Shown here: piece after piece, positions 38,387 to 47,883 of the stretch
Layout of the letters: each line of letters opens with the position of its first letter
How positions within the stretch are numbered: position 1 is the stretch's first letter
NCBI GenBank assembly: GCA_963663475.2
Contig: CAXXJV010000001.1
Coordinates: forward strand, 1-64,000
DNA: 64,000 nucleotides
Direction of reading: 5' to 3'
Source: Candidatus Cloacimonadales bacterium
Lineage (GTDB): Bacteria; Cloacimonadota; Cloacimonadia; Cloacimonadales; JAFGVF01
Program-made: the position numbers and the translations under genes
Notes under the pieces: model-generated
Seen by the model: the letters and a program-made list of their open reading frames with translations, nothing else
Told to the model about the DNA's origin: nothing
The model's database searches: none

Positions 38387-39331
38387 TTAGCCTTGAATTA
38401 CTGTACCAGTCTTTCCTGCAAAGGCATCTACAATTCTTTCTATTGAAGTAATAATAACCTTTTTTCCACCATTCTTGATAAAAGAGATAGCAGCGAGAAT
38501 TTTAGGTCCCATTGAACCTTTAGGGAACTGACCTTGATCATAATAAGCTTGAGCTTGTTCTAAAGTTAGAGAATCTAATTCTTTTTGGTCAGCTTTACCA
38601 AAGTTGATAGCAACTTTATCTACACCAGTCAAAATAACTAAGAACTCAGCTCCGATTTTCTCGGCTAAGAGAGCAGAAGCAAAGTCTTTATCAATAACAG
38701 CATCAACACCATCTAAAGTGCCATTTTCTTCTCTAACCACGGGAATTCCACCGCCACCACAAGCAATAACAATTTGGTTATCTTCTACAAGTTGCTTGAT
38801 AGTATCAGCAGGGATTATTTCGATTGGTTTAGGAGATGGAACAACCTGTCTCCAGCCACGGCCTGCATCTTCAGTAATATGCCAGCCAAATTCAGCTTCT
38901 AGGGCTTTAGCTTCATCTTCATTATAGAAAGGTCCTACAGGTTTAGAAGGGTTCTGCATACTTGGGTCATCTTTAGATACTACAACTTGAGAGTTGATAG
39001 TAACGACCTTGTTAGTAATCTTTTCTTGAATGAGTTTATTTTGTAAGCTCTGTTCAATCATATAACCCATAGTTCCTTCAGTAGCAGCGACTAAAACACC
39101 TAAAGGAAGGGGTGCTACGCCTTTTTGGATACCAGCATTATGTTGGATTAACATATTGCCTACTTGGGGTCCGTTTCCATGTGAAATTGCTAATTGGTAG
39201 CCTTGTTTAATTAATTCAACAACACCACCTAAACTATCGCGAGTGTTTTTAAACTGTTCGCTTATTGTACCTTTTTGTCCAGCTTGGATAATAGCGTTTC
39301 CGCCTAAAGCTAATACTGCTTTCTTTGCCAT
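38387..39331 (-). CDS. arcC: Carbamate kinase
   Basis: 'ALGGNA', 'SHGNGPQVG', 'GGGGIPV', 'DAVIDKD', 'GSMGPK'. Confidence 0.96.
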   Translation of the reverse strand: MAKKAVLALGGNAIIQAGQKGTISEQFKNTRDSLGGVVELIKQGYQLAISHGNGPQVGNMLIQHNAGIQKGVAPLPLGVLVAATEGTMGYMIEQSLQNKLIQEKITNKVVTINSQVVVSKDDPSMQNPSKPVGPFYNEDEAKALEAEFGWHITEDAGRGWRQVVPSPKPIEIIPADTIKQLVEDNQIVIACGGGGIPVVREENGTLDGVDAVIDKDFASALLAEKIGAEFLVILTGVDKVAINFGKADQKELDSLTLEQAQAYYDQGQFPKGSMGPKILAAISFIKNGGKKVIITSIERIVDAFAGKTGTVIQG

Positions 39332-39435
39332 TTATTCCTCCACCTTATAATTTTTTAATTTAGAAAAAACAAGGAGACTCACTTTGGTAAGTCTCCTATG
39401 TTCAATTTTTATTTTCTAAATCTTTTTGTCAATAT

Positions 39436-40755
39436 TTAGAAACCATTTTCTTCCAAAATCTCTTTAAGAGTTGGTTTACCTATCTCTTGAAGTTCATAAG
39501 TAACTCTTACAGAAGGCTTTTTAATATTAACAATTCTTCTTAAATCAATTGGAGTTCCAATAACAACAGCATCACATTCTACTGCATTGATGGTCTTTTC
39601 AAGGTCTTTAACTTGCTTTTCACCATAACCCATAGCAGGTAATAGGACACCTATATCTGGATATTTTTCAAAGGTTTCAGCAATTTCACCAACTGCCCAT
39701 GGGCGTGGGTCAACTGTATCAGCCACACCACATTTTTCAGCAGCAACCATACCTGCACCGTAAGTCATCTCACCATGAGTAAGGGTTGGTCCATCTTCTA
39801 CAACAAGGACATTTTTGCCTGCAATTATGGAAGGATCTTCAACAAATACAGGAGAAGCTGCTTCAATAATTTTGGCATTTGGATTTACAGCACGGCAGTT
39901 TTCTCTAACTTCGAAGACATCGTCAGCATCTGCTGAATCAATCTTATTAATGATTATTACATCAGCTAATCTCACATTTGTTTCACCTGGGTAATAGGTA
40001 ATTTCATGGCCAGGTCTATGTGGATCAACAACCACAATTTTGAGCTCTTTATCAGAGGTATAGAATGGTGTATCATTATTTCCACCATCCCAGAGGATTA
40101 TATCAGCCTCTTTTTCAGCCTCTCTAACAATTGCTTCATAGTCCACACCTGAGTAGATTATGCTACCCATAGCGATATGTGGTTCATATTCTTCCATCTC
40201 TTCAATTGTACATTCGTGTTTTACTAGATCATCTAAAGTTTCATAGCGTTGCACTTTTTGTTTAACTAGGTCGCCGTATGGCATAGGATGTCTTATAGAG
40301 ACAACCTTAAGACCTTTTTCTTTAAAATACCTTACAACAGCTCTGGTTGTTTGAGATTTTCCACAACCAGTACGAGCAGCACATATAGTAACTAATGGCT
40401 TGGTGGTTTTGATAGCGGTATTTTTTTGTCCCATCAACATGAAATCAGCACCAGCAGCATTAACAAGGGCTGCACTATGCATAACTCTTTCATGTGGAAG
40501 ATCGCTATAAGCTAAAACTACTAAGTCAATATTGTGTTCTTTTATTAAGCTCGGAAGCTTTGACTCCGGTAAGATGGGAATACCTTTAGGATAAAGAGAA
40601 CCAGCTAGTTCAGCAGGATATTTTTTATCGTCAATACCAGGGATTTGAGTAGCAGTAATTGCTACAATTTCGTATTGTTCATTATCTCTAAAGAAAGTAT
40701 TAAAGTTGTGGAAGTCTCTTCCAGCAGCACCCATGATTATTACCTTTTGTCTCAT
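39436..40755 (-). CDS. arcE: cDPG-synthetase-like P-loop protein, probable arginine synthetase
   Basis: 'GAAGRDFHNFN', 'RTGCGKSQT', 'RHPMPYG', 'EEMEEYEPH', 'DGGNND', 'VEDGPT'; adjacent to arcC. Confidence 0.7.
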   Translation of the reverse strand: MRQKVIIMGAAGRDFHNFNTFFRDNEQYEIVAITATQIPGIDDKKYPAELAGSLYPKGIPILPESKLPSLIKEHNIDLVVLAYSDLPHERVMHSAALVNAAGADFMLMGQKNTAIKTTKPLVTICAARTGCGKSQTTRAVVRYFKEKGLKVVSIRHPMPYGDLVKQKVQRYETLDDLVKHECTIEEMEEYEPHIAMGSIIYSGVDYEAIVREAEKEADIILWDGGNNDTPFYTSDKELKIVVVDPHRPGHEITYYPGETNVRLADVIIINKIDSADADDVFEVRENCRAVNPNAKIIEAASPVFVEDPSIIAGKNVLVVEDGPTLTHGEMTYGAGMVAAEKCGVADTVDPRPWAVGEIAETFEKYPDIGVLLPAMGYGEKQVKDLEKTINAVECDAVVIGTPIDLRRIVNIKKPSVRVTYELQEIGKPTLKEILEENGF

Positions 40756-41135
40756 GTTTTACACTCCTTTGACTAAATTTTGATTATTCAAATTTTACTT
40801 GAAATATTTGATTTGTCAAGGAAAAGCTAATTCTTCAATTGTATATTGATTATTTTAAACTTCAAAAGTAGCTAGAAGACTCTTATAATGCTAGTTCAGG
40901 AGATTATATCACATAAATATCTAAGAAAATTAAATTTATTTTTTATTGAAATAGCACTTATTATATGGTTTTTATTAGGTTTTTGAGGGAAGTAAAAGGA
41001 GGAATCTGGGTAAAATCTGCAAAGAATTACCCAACTATTGCTTCTTTGTCCTGTAATTTTGTGGAAAAAAAACTACAAAAAGAACAGGAAGATCAGACTG
41101 ATCTTCCTGTAATCTATTGCAAGTAAGATAAATAC

Positions 41136-43157
41136 TTATTTAGTATCTTCTTCTTGTTCAGTTTCTTCATTTACTTCTGGAGTTTCAGGACTTTCAATTT
41201 CTTCTTTTACTTCTTCAACTTCAGGAGTTTCTTTAACTTCTTCAGGAGTTTCTACAACTTCTTCAGGAGTTTCTACAACTTCTTCAGGAGTTTCAGCAAG
41301 AGGAGCTGTTTGATTTTCACTTACATCTTCAGAAGGAATTTGTTCAGTTTCTTCAGCTTTTTTAGCTTCTTTTTTGGCTTCTTTTTTAGCTTCAGCTTTA
41401 GCTTTTTTAGCTTCTTTTTTAGCCATAATCTCTTCATGTTGTCCTTTATGGAAATCAACATAAGTGTTTAAGCTTTCTTGATCTCTTGAGAAGAAGAAGG
41501 CTTTAACAGAGAGAATTAATCTTCTGTTATCCATATCAAGTTCAATAACTTTTAATGGAATTTCTTCACCAACGGTGAAGTATTCATCTGGTGTTTCTAA
41601 TTTTGGTATTGCCAGATGAGAAACAGGTACGAATCCTTCGACAATATCACCATCACATTCGATATCTACTAAGATTCCCTTAGGAATAAGTTTAGATATT
41701 TTACCGATAATTTCAGTATTGAGTGGTAATTTATCGTTTAAGGTTTGCCATGGATCTTCATGAAGTTGTTTAATACCAAGAGCAACTCTATGGAGAGTTT
41801 TATCTATTGAGAGAACAACAGCTTCGATTTCTTGGTTTTTCTTATAAACATCTTTTGGATGGTAGATTCTCTTTGTCCATGAAATATCTGATACATGAAC
41901 AAGTCCATCAATACCATCTTCAACTTCAACAAATACACCAAAATCGGTTAAACTCTTAATTTTTCTTTTAAGAATAGTACCTTCAGGGTATTTCATATCA
42001 ATAGCTACCCATGGATTTGCTTCCATTTGTTTAAGACCAAGAGCAATTCTTTTTCTTTCTTTATCTACTGAAAGCACAATAGCTTCAACAGTTTCATCAA
42101 GCTTAAGTATTTGGTGAGGGTGGGTAATCTTCTTAGTCCATGACATTTCTGTAATATGGATAAGGCCTTCCACACCTGGTTCTAATTCAACAAAAGCGCC
42201 ATAAGGTGTTAAGTTAACTACCTTACCTTTAGCTCTTGTTCCTTCTTCATACTTAGTCTCAATGTTTTCCCAAGGTTGAGGAACTAACTGTTTGAGGCCA
42301 AGAGATACTTTCTCAGTTTCAGCTTCATAAGCAGTAACTTTAACTTTAAGCTTATCTCCAATGTTTAAAATATCAGATGGGTGATTAATTTTTCCCCAAG
42401 ACATATCAGTGATGTGTAGTAATCCGTCAATACCACCTAAATCAATAAATGCTCCGTAGTTGGTTATATTTTTAACTTCACCTTCGAGTTCTGCACCAAC
42501 TTCAATAATTTCACGTAACTTTTCTCTCTTTTCGGAGACTTCTTCTTCTAGCACATCTTTACGAGATACGATAATGTTTTTTCTATCAGCATCTAACTTG
42601 ATAATTTTAACATTAGCTGTTTTTCCAATAAACTGATCTAGGTTAGGAATTGGTTTTAAAGCAATTTGAGAGCCTGGTAAAAAGGCTTCTAAGCCAAATA
42701 CTTCTACAATCATTCCACCTTTGACACGGCGTCTGAAAATACCTTCAATAATTTCTTCTTTTTCAAAGGAAGCTTGTAATTTCTTGATATTCTCTTGGAA
42801 ATCTGCTTGTTTTTTAGAAAGTTTTACTTTCCCTTCGCCATCTTCTACTTTAACAATATAGACTTTAATATCAGAACCTACTTCTGGGCTTCCAGAATAG
42901 GTAAATTCTCCGATAGGGATTGACCCTTCAGATTTGTATCCGATATCAACTAAAACTTCACGATCATTTACACTAACTACTGTTCCGGTAACAATTTGAC
43001 CAGATTCATAATTAGAAAATGAATCATCATACATTTTTAGCATATCTTCATTGCTAATTTCATTCGCTTTCGACATTTCGTGCTTTGTTCCAGCACCGTT
43101 TTCTACTGCAGTTTCTGCAGGCACCTGAGTTTTGACTTCATTCTCGTTAAGACTCAT
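41136..43157 (-). CDS. rpsA: 30S ribosomal protein S1 with acidic repetitive C-terminal tail
   Basis: Six S1 repeats (DIGYKSEG, AFLPGSQ, GLLHITDMSW...). Confidence 0.96.
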   Translation of the reverse strand: MSLNENEVKTQVPAETAVENGAGTKHEMSKANEISNEDMLKMYDDSFSNYESGQIVTGTVVSVNDREVLVDIGYKSEGSIPIGEFTYSGSPEVGSDIKVYIVKVEDGEGKVKLSKKQADFQENIKKLQASFEKEEIIEGIFRRRVKGGMIVEVFGLEAFLPGSQIALKPIPNLDQFIGKTANVKIIKLDADRKNIIVSRKDVLEEEVSEKREKLREIIEVGAELEGEVKNITNYGAFIDLGGIDGLLHITDMSWGKINHPSDILNIGDKLKVKVTAYEAETEKVSLGLKQLVPQPWENIETKYEEGTRAKGKVVNLTPYGAFVELEPGVEGLIHITEMSWTKKITHPHQILKLDETVEAIVLSVDKERKRIALGLKQMEANPWVAIDMKYPEGTILKRKIKSLTDFGVFVEVEDGIDGLVHVSDISWTKRIYHPKDVYKKNQEIEAVVLSIDKTLHRVALGIKQLHEDPWQTLNDKLPLNTEIIGKISKLIPKGILVDIECDGDIVEGFVPVSHLAIPKLETPDEYFTVGEEIPLKVIELDMDNRRLILSVKAFFFSRDQESLNTYVDFHKGQHEEIMAKKEAKKAKAEAKKEAKKEAKKAEETEQIPSEDVSENQTAPLAETPEEVVETPEEVVETPEEVKETPEVEEVKEEIESPETPEVNEETEQEEDTK

Positions 43158-44044
43158 CGGGTTTCCTCCTTAAACACAGGAATTTCGCTAATAGACTTAA
43201 CTATCACCCCACCCCTGCTTATATTAATAATCTTATTATAAACATCTATAATTAAATCATCTGGAGTTGATGCTCCAGCACTGATTCCAATTTTATTTTT
43301 ATTAGTGCACCAGTCTGCATGCAATTCTTCAGCAGTTTCAATATGATAAGTTTCGGTATAGTTATTTGAGATTTTAGCTAACATTTTCGTGTTAGAACTC
43401 ATCTTACCACCGATAACAATCATAAGGTCACTAGCCTTGGCTAAAGCCCTAGTAGAATCTTGCCTTATAGTCGTAGCACTACAAATAGTATTAACTATAT
43501 GTAACTCAAAAGTTGTGTCAAGTAATTTTTTTACTATTTTTTCAAAAACTTCATATGTTTGAGTAGTTTGCGAAATCAAAGCCAGCTTTTTTCCCTTTAA
43601 ATTGGGGATTTCTTCTGGCGATTCCACAACTAAATATTTTCCAGTTAAATATGAAGTTAATGCTAAAACTTCTGGATGTTGACTATTTCCGAGTACGACA
43701 ACAAAGTATCCTTCTTTAGATAATTTCTCTCCCATAGATTGTAATTTACTCACATAGGGGCAGGTAGCATCTATTACATCAAGGCCTTTATCAGCCAGTT
43801 CTTTTTTAGCTTCCTTAGAAATACCATGAGATCTGATGATAGCAGGTGTTTTTGTAATTGCAGAAATATCATCTACGGAGTAAACACCTTTTTTCTCTAA
43901 TCTTTGCACAACTTGGGGGTTATGGATTATAGGTCCAATAGTAACAAGTTTCTCAGCTCTTTTTTCTGCTTCACTTTCAGCTATCTTAATAGCTCTTTTA
44001 ACGCCAAAGCAGAAACCAGAATTTTTAGCTAATCTTATTTGCAT
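43154..44044 (-). CDS. ispH: 4-hydroxy-3-methylbut-2-enyl diphosphate reductase
   Basis: 'GFCFGVKRA', 'IIHN', 'DATCP', 'TICSAT', 'SSNT', 'AGASTP'. Confidence 0.96.
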   Translation of the reverse strand: MQIRLAKNSGFCFGVKRAIKIAESEAEKRAEKLVTIGPIIHNPQVVQRLEKKGVYSVDDISAITKTPAIIRSHGISKEAKKELADKGLDVIDATCPYVSKLQSMGEKLSKEGYFVVVLGNSQHPEVLALTSYLTGKYLVVESPEEIPNLKGKKLALISQTTQTYEVFEKIVKKLLDTTFELHIVNTICSATTIRQDSTRALAKASDLMIVIGGKMSSNTKMLAKISNNYTETYHIETAEELHADWCTNKNKIGISAGASTPDDLIIDVYNKIINISRGGVIVKSISEIPVFKEETR

Positions 44045-44636
44045 CTTTCAATCCATTTATAATTTCTAAGATTTTACGAGATAGGTCTCGGTAACTATCT
44101 TTATTAACGGGTAAATCTTGATAAAAGCTAGGGTTCAATGGCTGGCCAATATGCATCCTGAGTTTTTTAATTCTCAAGAGGCATTGTAGCAAGTGGTTGC
44201 TATTTTCCAAATAAATTGGGAGAATGCTAGATTTGGTATTCATAGCTAGCATTCCAATACCTGGTTTAGCAATAAATGACTTTCTTGAACCTTCGGGAAA
44301 AATAACGATTGTTTCATCATTATTTAGAATATTATTTATGGTAGTTAAGGCTCTTTTATCGACTACTCCTCGTCTGACTGGTGTTGCATTGAATTTGGAA
44401 ATCAACCAGCCAAAAGGCTTGAATTTAAAGAGTTCTTCTTTAGCCATAAAGTGGATAGCTATTGGCATAGTTGAACCAATCAAGGGAGGGTCAAAATTAG
44501 ACATATGGTTAGAGGCTATAATGCAGCGGTGAGAAAAAACATCTTGTAAATTCTCTCTGCCAATTATTTTTAAGCCAAAAACATATTTAAATATTATGTT
44601 TACACTTTTTGAGATAATTCTATAATATGCTTTCAC
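44025..44636 (-). CDS. plsC: 1-acyl-sn-glycerol-3-phosphate acyltransferase
   Basis: 'NHMSNFD', 'FMAKEELF', 'FPEGSR'. Confidence 0.9.
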   Translation of the reverse strand: MKAYYRIISKSVNIIFKYVFGLKIIGRENLQDVFSHRCIIASNHMSNFDPPLIGSTMPIAIHFMAKEELFKFKPFGWLISKFNATPVRRGVVDKRALTTINNILNNDETIVIFPEGSRKSFIAKPGIGMLAMNTKSSILPIYLENSNHLLQCLLRIKKLRMHIGQPLNPSFYQDLPVNKDSYRDLSRKILEIINGLKDANKIS

Positions 44637-45319
44637 TTTCCCTTCCTAATGTAAGCCATAATTTCGGCAACTTGTTCTTGAATAGAGAGATTAGTAGAAT
44701 CAATAAGAATAGCATCTTCAGCTTGTTTTAAAGGAGCAATAGCCCTGTGAGAATCATTATAATCTCTACTTTCTAGCTCTGCTTTCACCTCTGCAAAAGA
44801 CTTTTCAGATCCCTTAGCCTTTTCTTCTAAATAGCGTCTCTGTGCCCTCTCTTCTAAATCAGCTACCATAAAGAATTTAAAGTCGGCATTAGGAAAGACG
44901 ACTGTTCCGATATCTCTTCCATCCATAACAATACCTTTATTCTGGCCTAGTTTTCTCTGTAAAGCTGTCATACCCTGTCTAACTATTCCAATAGCAGAAA
45001 TATCCGAGGCCAGCTTTCCTACTTGAGGTTGTCTGATAGCTTGAGATACATCTTCCCCATCTAATAAAACCCTATTATTAGGCAGTGAGTATTTGATTTG
45101 CACATCAATTTCTGCCATCATTTTGGTTAAAGCAGGAATATCACTTAAGGCTATTCCTAGACGATGAGCTTTTAAACCGCAGGCTCTATACATTGCTCCA
45201 GTATCTAAATAGACATAGTGTAAATGCTTTGCTAATTCTTTAGCAGTAGTAGACTTACCTGATGAAGCAGGTCCATCAATAGCAATTATAAATTTATTAG
45301 TTTTAGTGTTTTTTTCCAT
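44633..45319 (-). CDS. cmk: Cytidylate kinase
   Basis: 'IAIDGPASSGKST', 'DTGAMYR', 'DGRDIGTVV'. Confidence 0.96.
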   Translation of the reverse strand: MEKNTKTNKFIIAIDGPASSGKSTTAKELAKHLHYVYLDTGAMYRACGLKAHRLGIALSDIPALTKMMAEIDVQIKYSLPNNRVLLDGEDVSQAIRQPQVGKLASDISAIGIVRQGMTALQRKLGQNKGIVMDGRDIGTVVFPNADFKFFMVADLEERAQRRYLEEKAKGSEKSFAEVKAELESRDYNDSHRAIAPLKQAEDAILIDSTNLSIQEQVAEIMAYIRKGK

Positions 45320-45439
45320 ATTAGACTATTTTCCATTATTTTCAAAAATAGTCAAATGTTTTTTTCTAAGAAAATACAAGAAACTGCCTTGATTCCCCTC
45401 AGAGGAAGAGTAATCAAGGCAGTCTAATCTTTTGTGAAG

Positions 45440-47359
45440 CTATTTTTTAAGAATCATTTTCTGGGTCCAAGACGCTTTATTGCTGGTCATTCGGTAGAAG
45501 TAGACTCCGCTTGCCACCTTTTGATCTTTATTAGTTACGCCATTCCAGTTTATGCTATAATCACCTGCCTGGCCATGAATCACCGACTTATGCCAAATCT
45601 TTCTACCAGCGATATTAAAGATTTCAATTTCCACTCTACCAGCTTCTTCTAAAGAATAAGAGATTGTAGTAGAAGGATTAAATGGATTTGGATAGGCATT
45701 ATGAAGTCTGGTTTGCTGGGGGATATCTATTACTGGGTTTTCAAAATTATCTTCAATAAGGATAGTGATTGGTCCATGATAATAATTATTACCAGAGAGT
45801 TCGCTTATTTTCAACCAATAATAATATCTTCCACTTTCTTTTAAATTATTATCTACAAAGCTATAATTATGAGTCAAAGATGTATTAGTAGCATCAACAA
45901 TTGAACCCACCTGACTAGCAAGTGCAAGGTCATTTTCTGGAGCTCTTAAAACATTAAAGCCATATAAATCTGATTCACTATGAGTTACCCAATCCAAGGA
46001 AACTGTGTAATCACCTGAGTAAACACCAGTAAAGGAAGCAAAGGTTACTGGTAAGGTTGCATCTTCGGGAGAGATAATTACTGGGACATCACTTTTACTG
46101 GCAAAAGGCACATTTGAGAATAAGACTTGAGAAGGTCCAGTAGCAGGATATGGGTTACCTTGATGCCATGTTAAGCCACCATTCTCAGGATCATTATAAT
46201 AGGCTATGACATACCAAGTACCTGCAGGAACAGCTATGTTGAGATTACTGGTAGTTGAGCCATTAAAGACCATTACTATATCATTATCTGTAGTATTTGC
46301 TGGTGAAGGTACTCCTAATGTTTCAATAGATCCTTGAGTAGCAGTAATTGGAACATCCACCTGTCCACTATAAGTAAAGCCAGGATTAACAGGATCATCT
46401 AAAGTAAAAGTTCCTACAAAAGAAATATTTTTATTGCTACTTAAATTACTTAAGATATTGCTATCTGAGCCAGAAGCTAAGGTCCATATATAGTTATCCT
46501 TTTCAGCAGAGACAGTGCCACTGAAGCCATTTTCAAGGCTAATTTTTCCAGGGTCATTTCCATAATTTTGAGTATCTGCATATATGGTTACTCCACTTAT
46601 ATTACCAGTATTTATATTTATTGAATAATAAGGAACATTATCAGACCAAGATGCATTTACTAAAGTAGCATTATAATTGCTATTTGCACTATTGATGACT
46701 GTTGTTCCGGAACCTGTATCAAAGAGAAATTCAGCCAAGAGATTGTCACCAGTTACTGAATTGAAACGATTATCAGCTATTTCAGTTTGAGAACGGGCGA
46801 TCTTCCAGATACGAACTTGATCAATATTACCAATCAGGTTACGCCAATCATTAGTTCTGCTATCGATAGCACCAATCAAAAGTCTCTTTGAAGTGGTAGG
46901 AATACTTATAGAATGATATAAGGAAGCTTTTTCAGCACCATTCACATATAATTTAACCTCGTTACCATTGTAGGTAGCAGCTACATGTTGCCATTTATTC
47001 AAAGTTAAGACATTATTTGCTGTGCAATCAGTCCAGTTACTGCCACCATTACTCATATTAAATTCTAATGTTCCCGATGCAGACCCATACCTAAAAGACC
47101 AGCCATAGGTAATTGATCCATCCTCATCATCCCAATCTGTTTCAGCAGCTATTGTACTCCTCCAAGAAGTATCTTTAAAGTTTGTGGGATAAATCCAGGC
47201 TTCAATTGTTAGATTGTTTGTGAGGTCATAGTAAGTTGAATTTCCACAATCAAGATACTGTCCTTCCCCATTGAACTGCAGAGAATGTTCACTTCCACTA
47301 AGACTTACACCAAAGAAGACCATACAAGTTAAGAAAATAAGAAAAGTTTTTAGAGACAT
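45440..47359 (-). CDS. Secreted LamG/concanavalin-like protein with FlgD-Ig/T9SS-like CTD
   Basis: Signal peptide; 'LTIEAWIYP...WQHVAATY...LYVNG...IDQVRIW'; 'LPVTFASF'; 'NAYPNPFNPSTTI'. Confidence 0.85.
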   Translation of the reverse strand: MSLKTFLIFLTCMVFFGVSLSGSEHSLQFNGEGQYLDCGNSTYYDLTNNLTIEAWIYPTNFKDTSWRSTIAAETDWDDEDGSITYGWSFRYGSASGTLEFNMSNGGSNWTDCTANNVLTLNKWQHVAATYNGNEVKLYVNGAEKASLYHSISIPTTSKRLLIGAIDSRTNDWRNLIGNIDQVRIWKIARSQTEIADNRFNSVTGDNLLAEFLFDTGSGTTVINSANSNYNATLVNASWSDNVPYYSININTGNISGVTIYADTQNYGNDPGKISLENGFSGTVSAEKDNYIWTLASGSDSNILSNLSSNKNISFVGTFTLDDPVNPGFTYSGQVDVPITATQGSIETLGVPSPANTTDNDIVMVFNGSTTSNLNIAVPAGTWYVIAYYNDPENGGLTWHQGNPYPATGPSQVLFSNVPFASKSDVPVIISPEDATLPVTFASFTGVYSGDYTVSLDWVTHSESDLYGFNVLRAPENDLALASQVGSIVDATNTSLTHNYSFVDNNLKESGRYYYWLKISELSGNNYYHGPITILIEDNFENPVIDIPQQTRLHNAYPNPFNPSTTISYSLEEAGRVEIEIFNIAGRKIWHKSVIHGQAGDYSINWNGVTNKDQKVASGVYFYRMTSNKASWTQKMILKK

Positions 47360-47409
47360 ATAAATACTCCTTTTATATTAATTTAATAATTTTATTTTCT
47401 CTTTATTAG

Positions 47410-47426
47410 TGCAAATCATAGGCCAA
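47410..47426 (-). promoter_or_regulatory. Sigma54 (-24/-12) promoter upstream of the LamG gene
   Basis: Minus strand TTGGCCTATGATTTGCA, GG-N10-GC spacing; inverted repeat AGTGAAAA-N7-TTTTCACT at 47518-47540 as possible UAS. Confidence 0.65.
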
Positions 47427-47554
47427 GAATAGTCAAAAAATGCTAGTTATTAAAGGACTAATTTACAGATAGATAGCAAAAATAAATATTTTCATTTTAA
47501 AAAGTTTTCATATATTTAGTGAAAATGAAAACTTTTCACTGAAAACTCTTAGTC

Positions 47555-47880
47555 AGAGTGACGGGAGTTGCTCACGGAGTAGCAACTTCCGACACTCTTC
47601 GCCCGAAGTCCCTTGCCTACGGCTGAGGAACTCCGGTCTGTGTTTACTCTCCCCGCCTTACGGCACCCCTCTCATACCGCTCTTACGAGCTGAAAGGGGA
47701 ATTAGAGCTCTCCGTCTCCCTATCTCCCTGTCTCCCCGTCTTTAAGCCGAAAGGCGAAAATCTTCTTATTCGTGTTTTATTTGTGTTTATTTGTGGCTAA
47801 ACTCTTCTTCTTATCTATGTTTTTTGTAGGCAGTTTGAAACTGCCTACTGCGGGCAAGGATGCCCGCGTTCCCAGTTAGA
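47555..47880. repeat. Mosaic cluster of several palindromic REP-like repeat families
   Basis: Units shared with 5864-5900, 8786-8826, 11940-11980, 50230-50450, 55495-55760 and 57845-57945. Confidence 0.8.
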
Positions 47881-47883
47881 ATC

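Noticed and set aside
41216-41295. 21-bp tandem repeats in the rpsA 3' end
   Set aside because: Ordinary low-complexity acidic tail (ETPEEVV)
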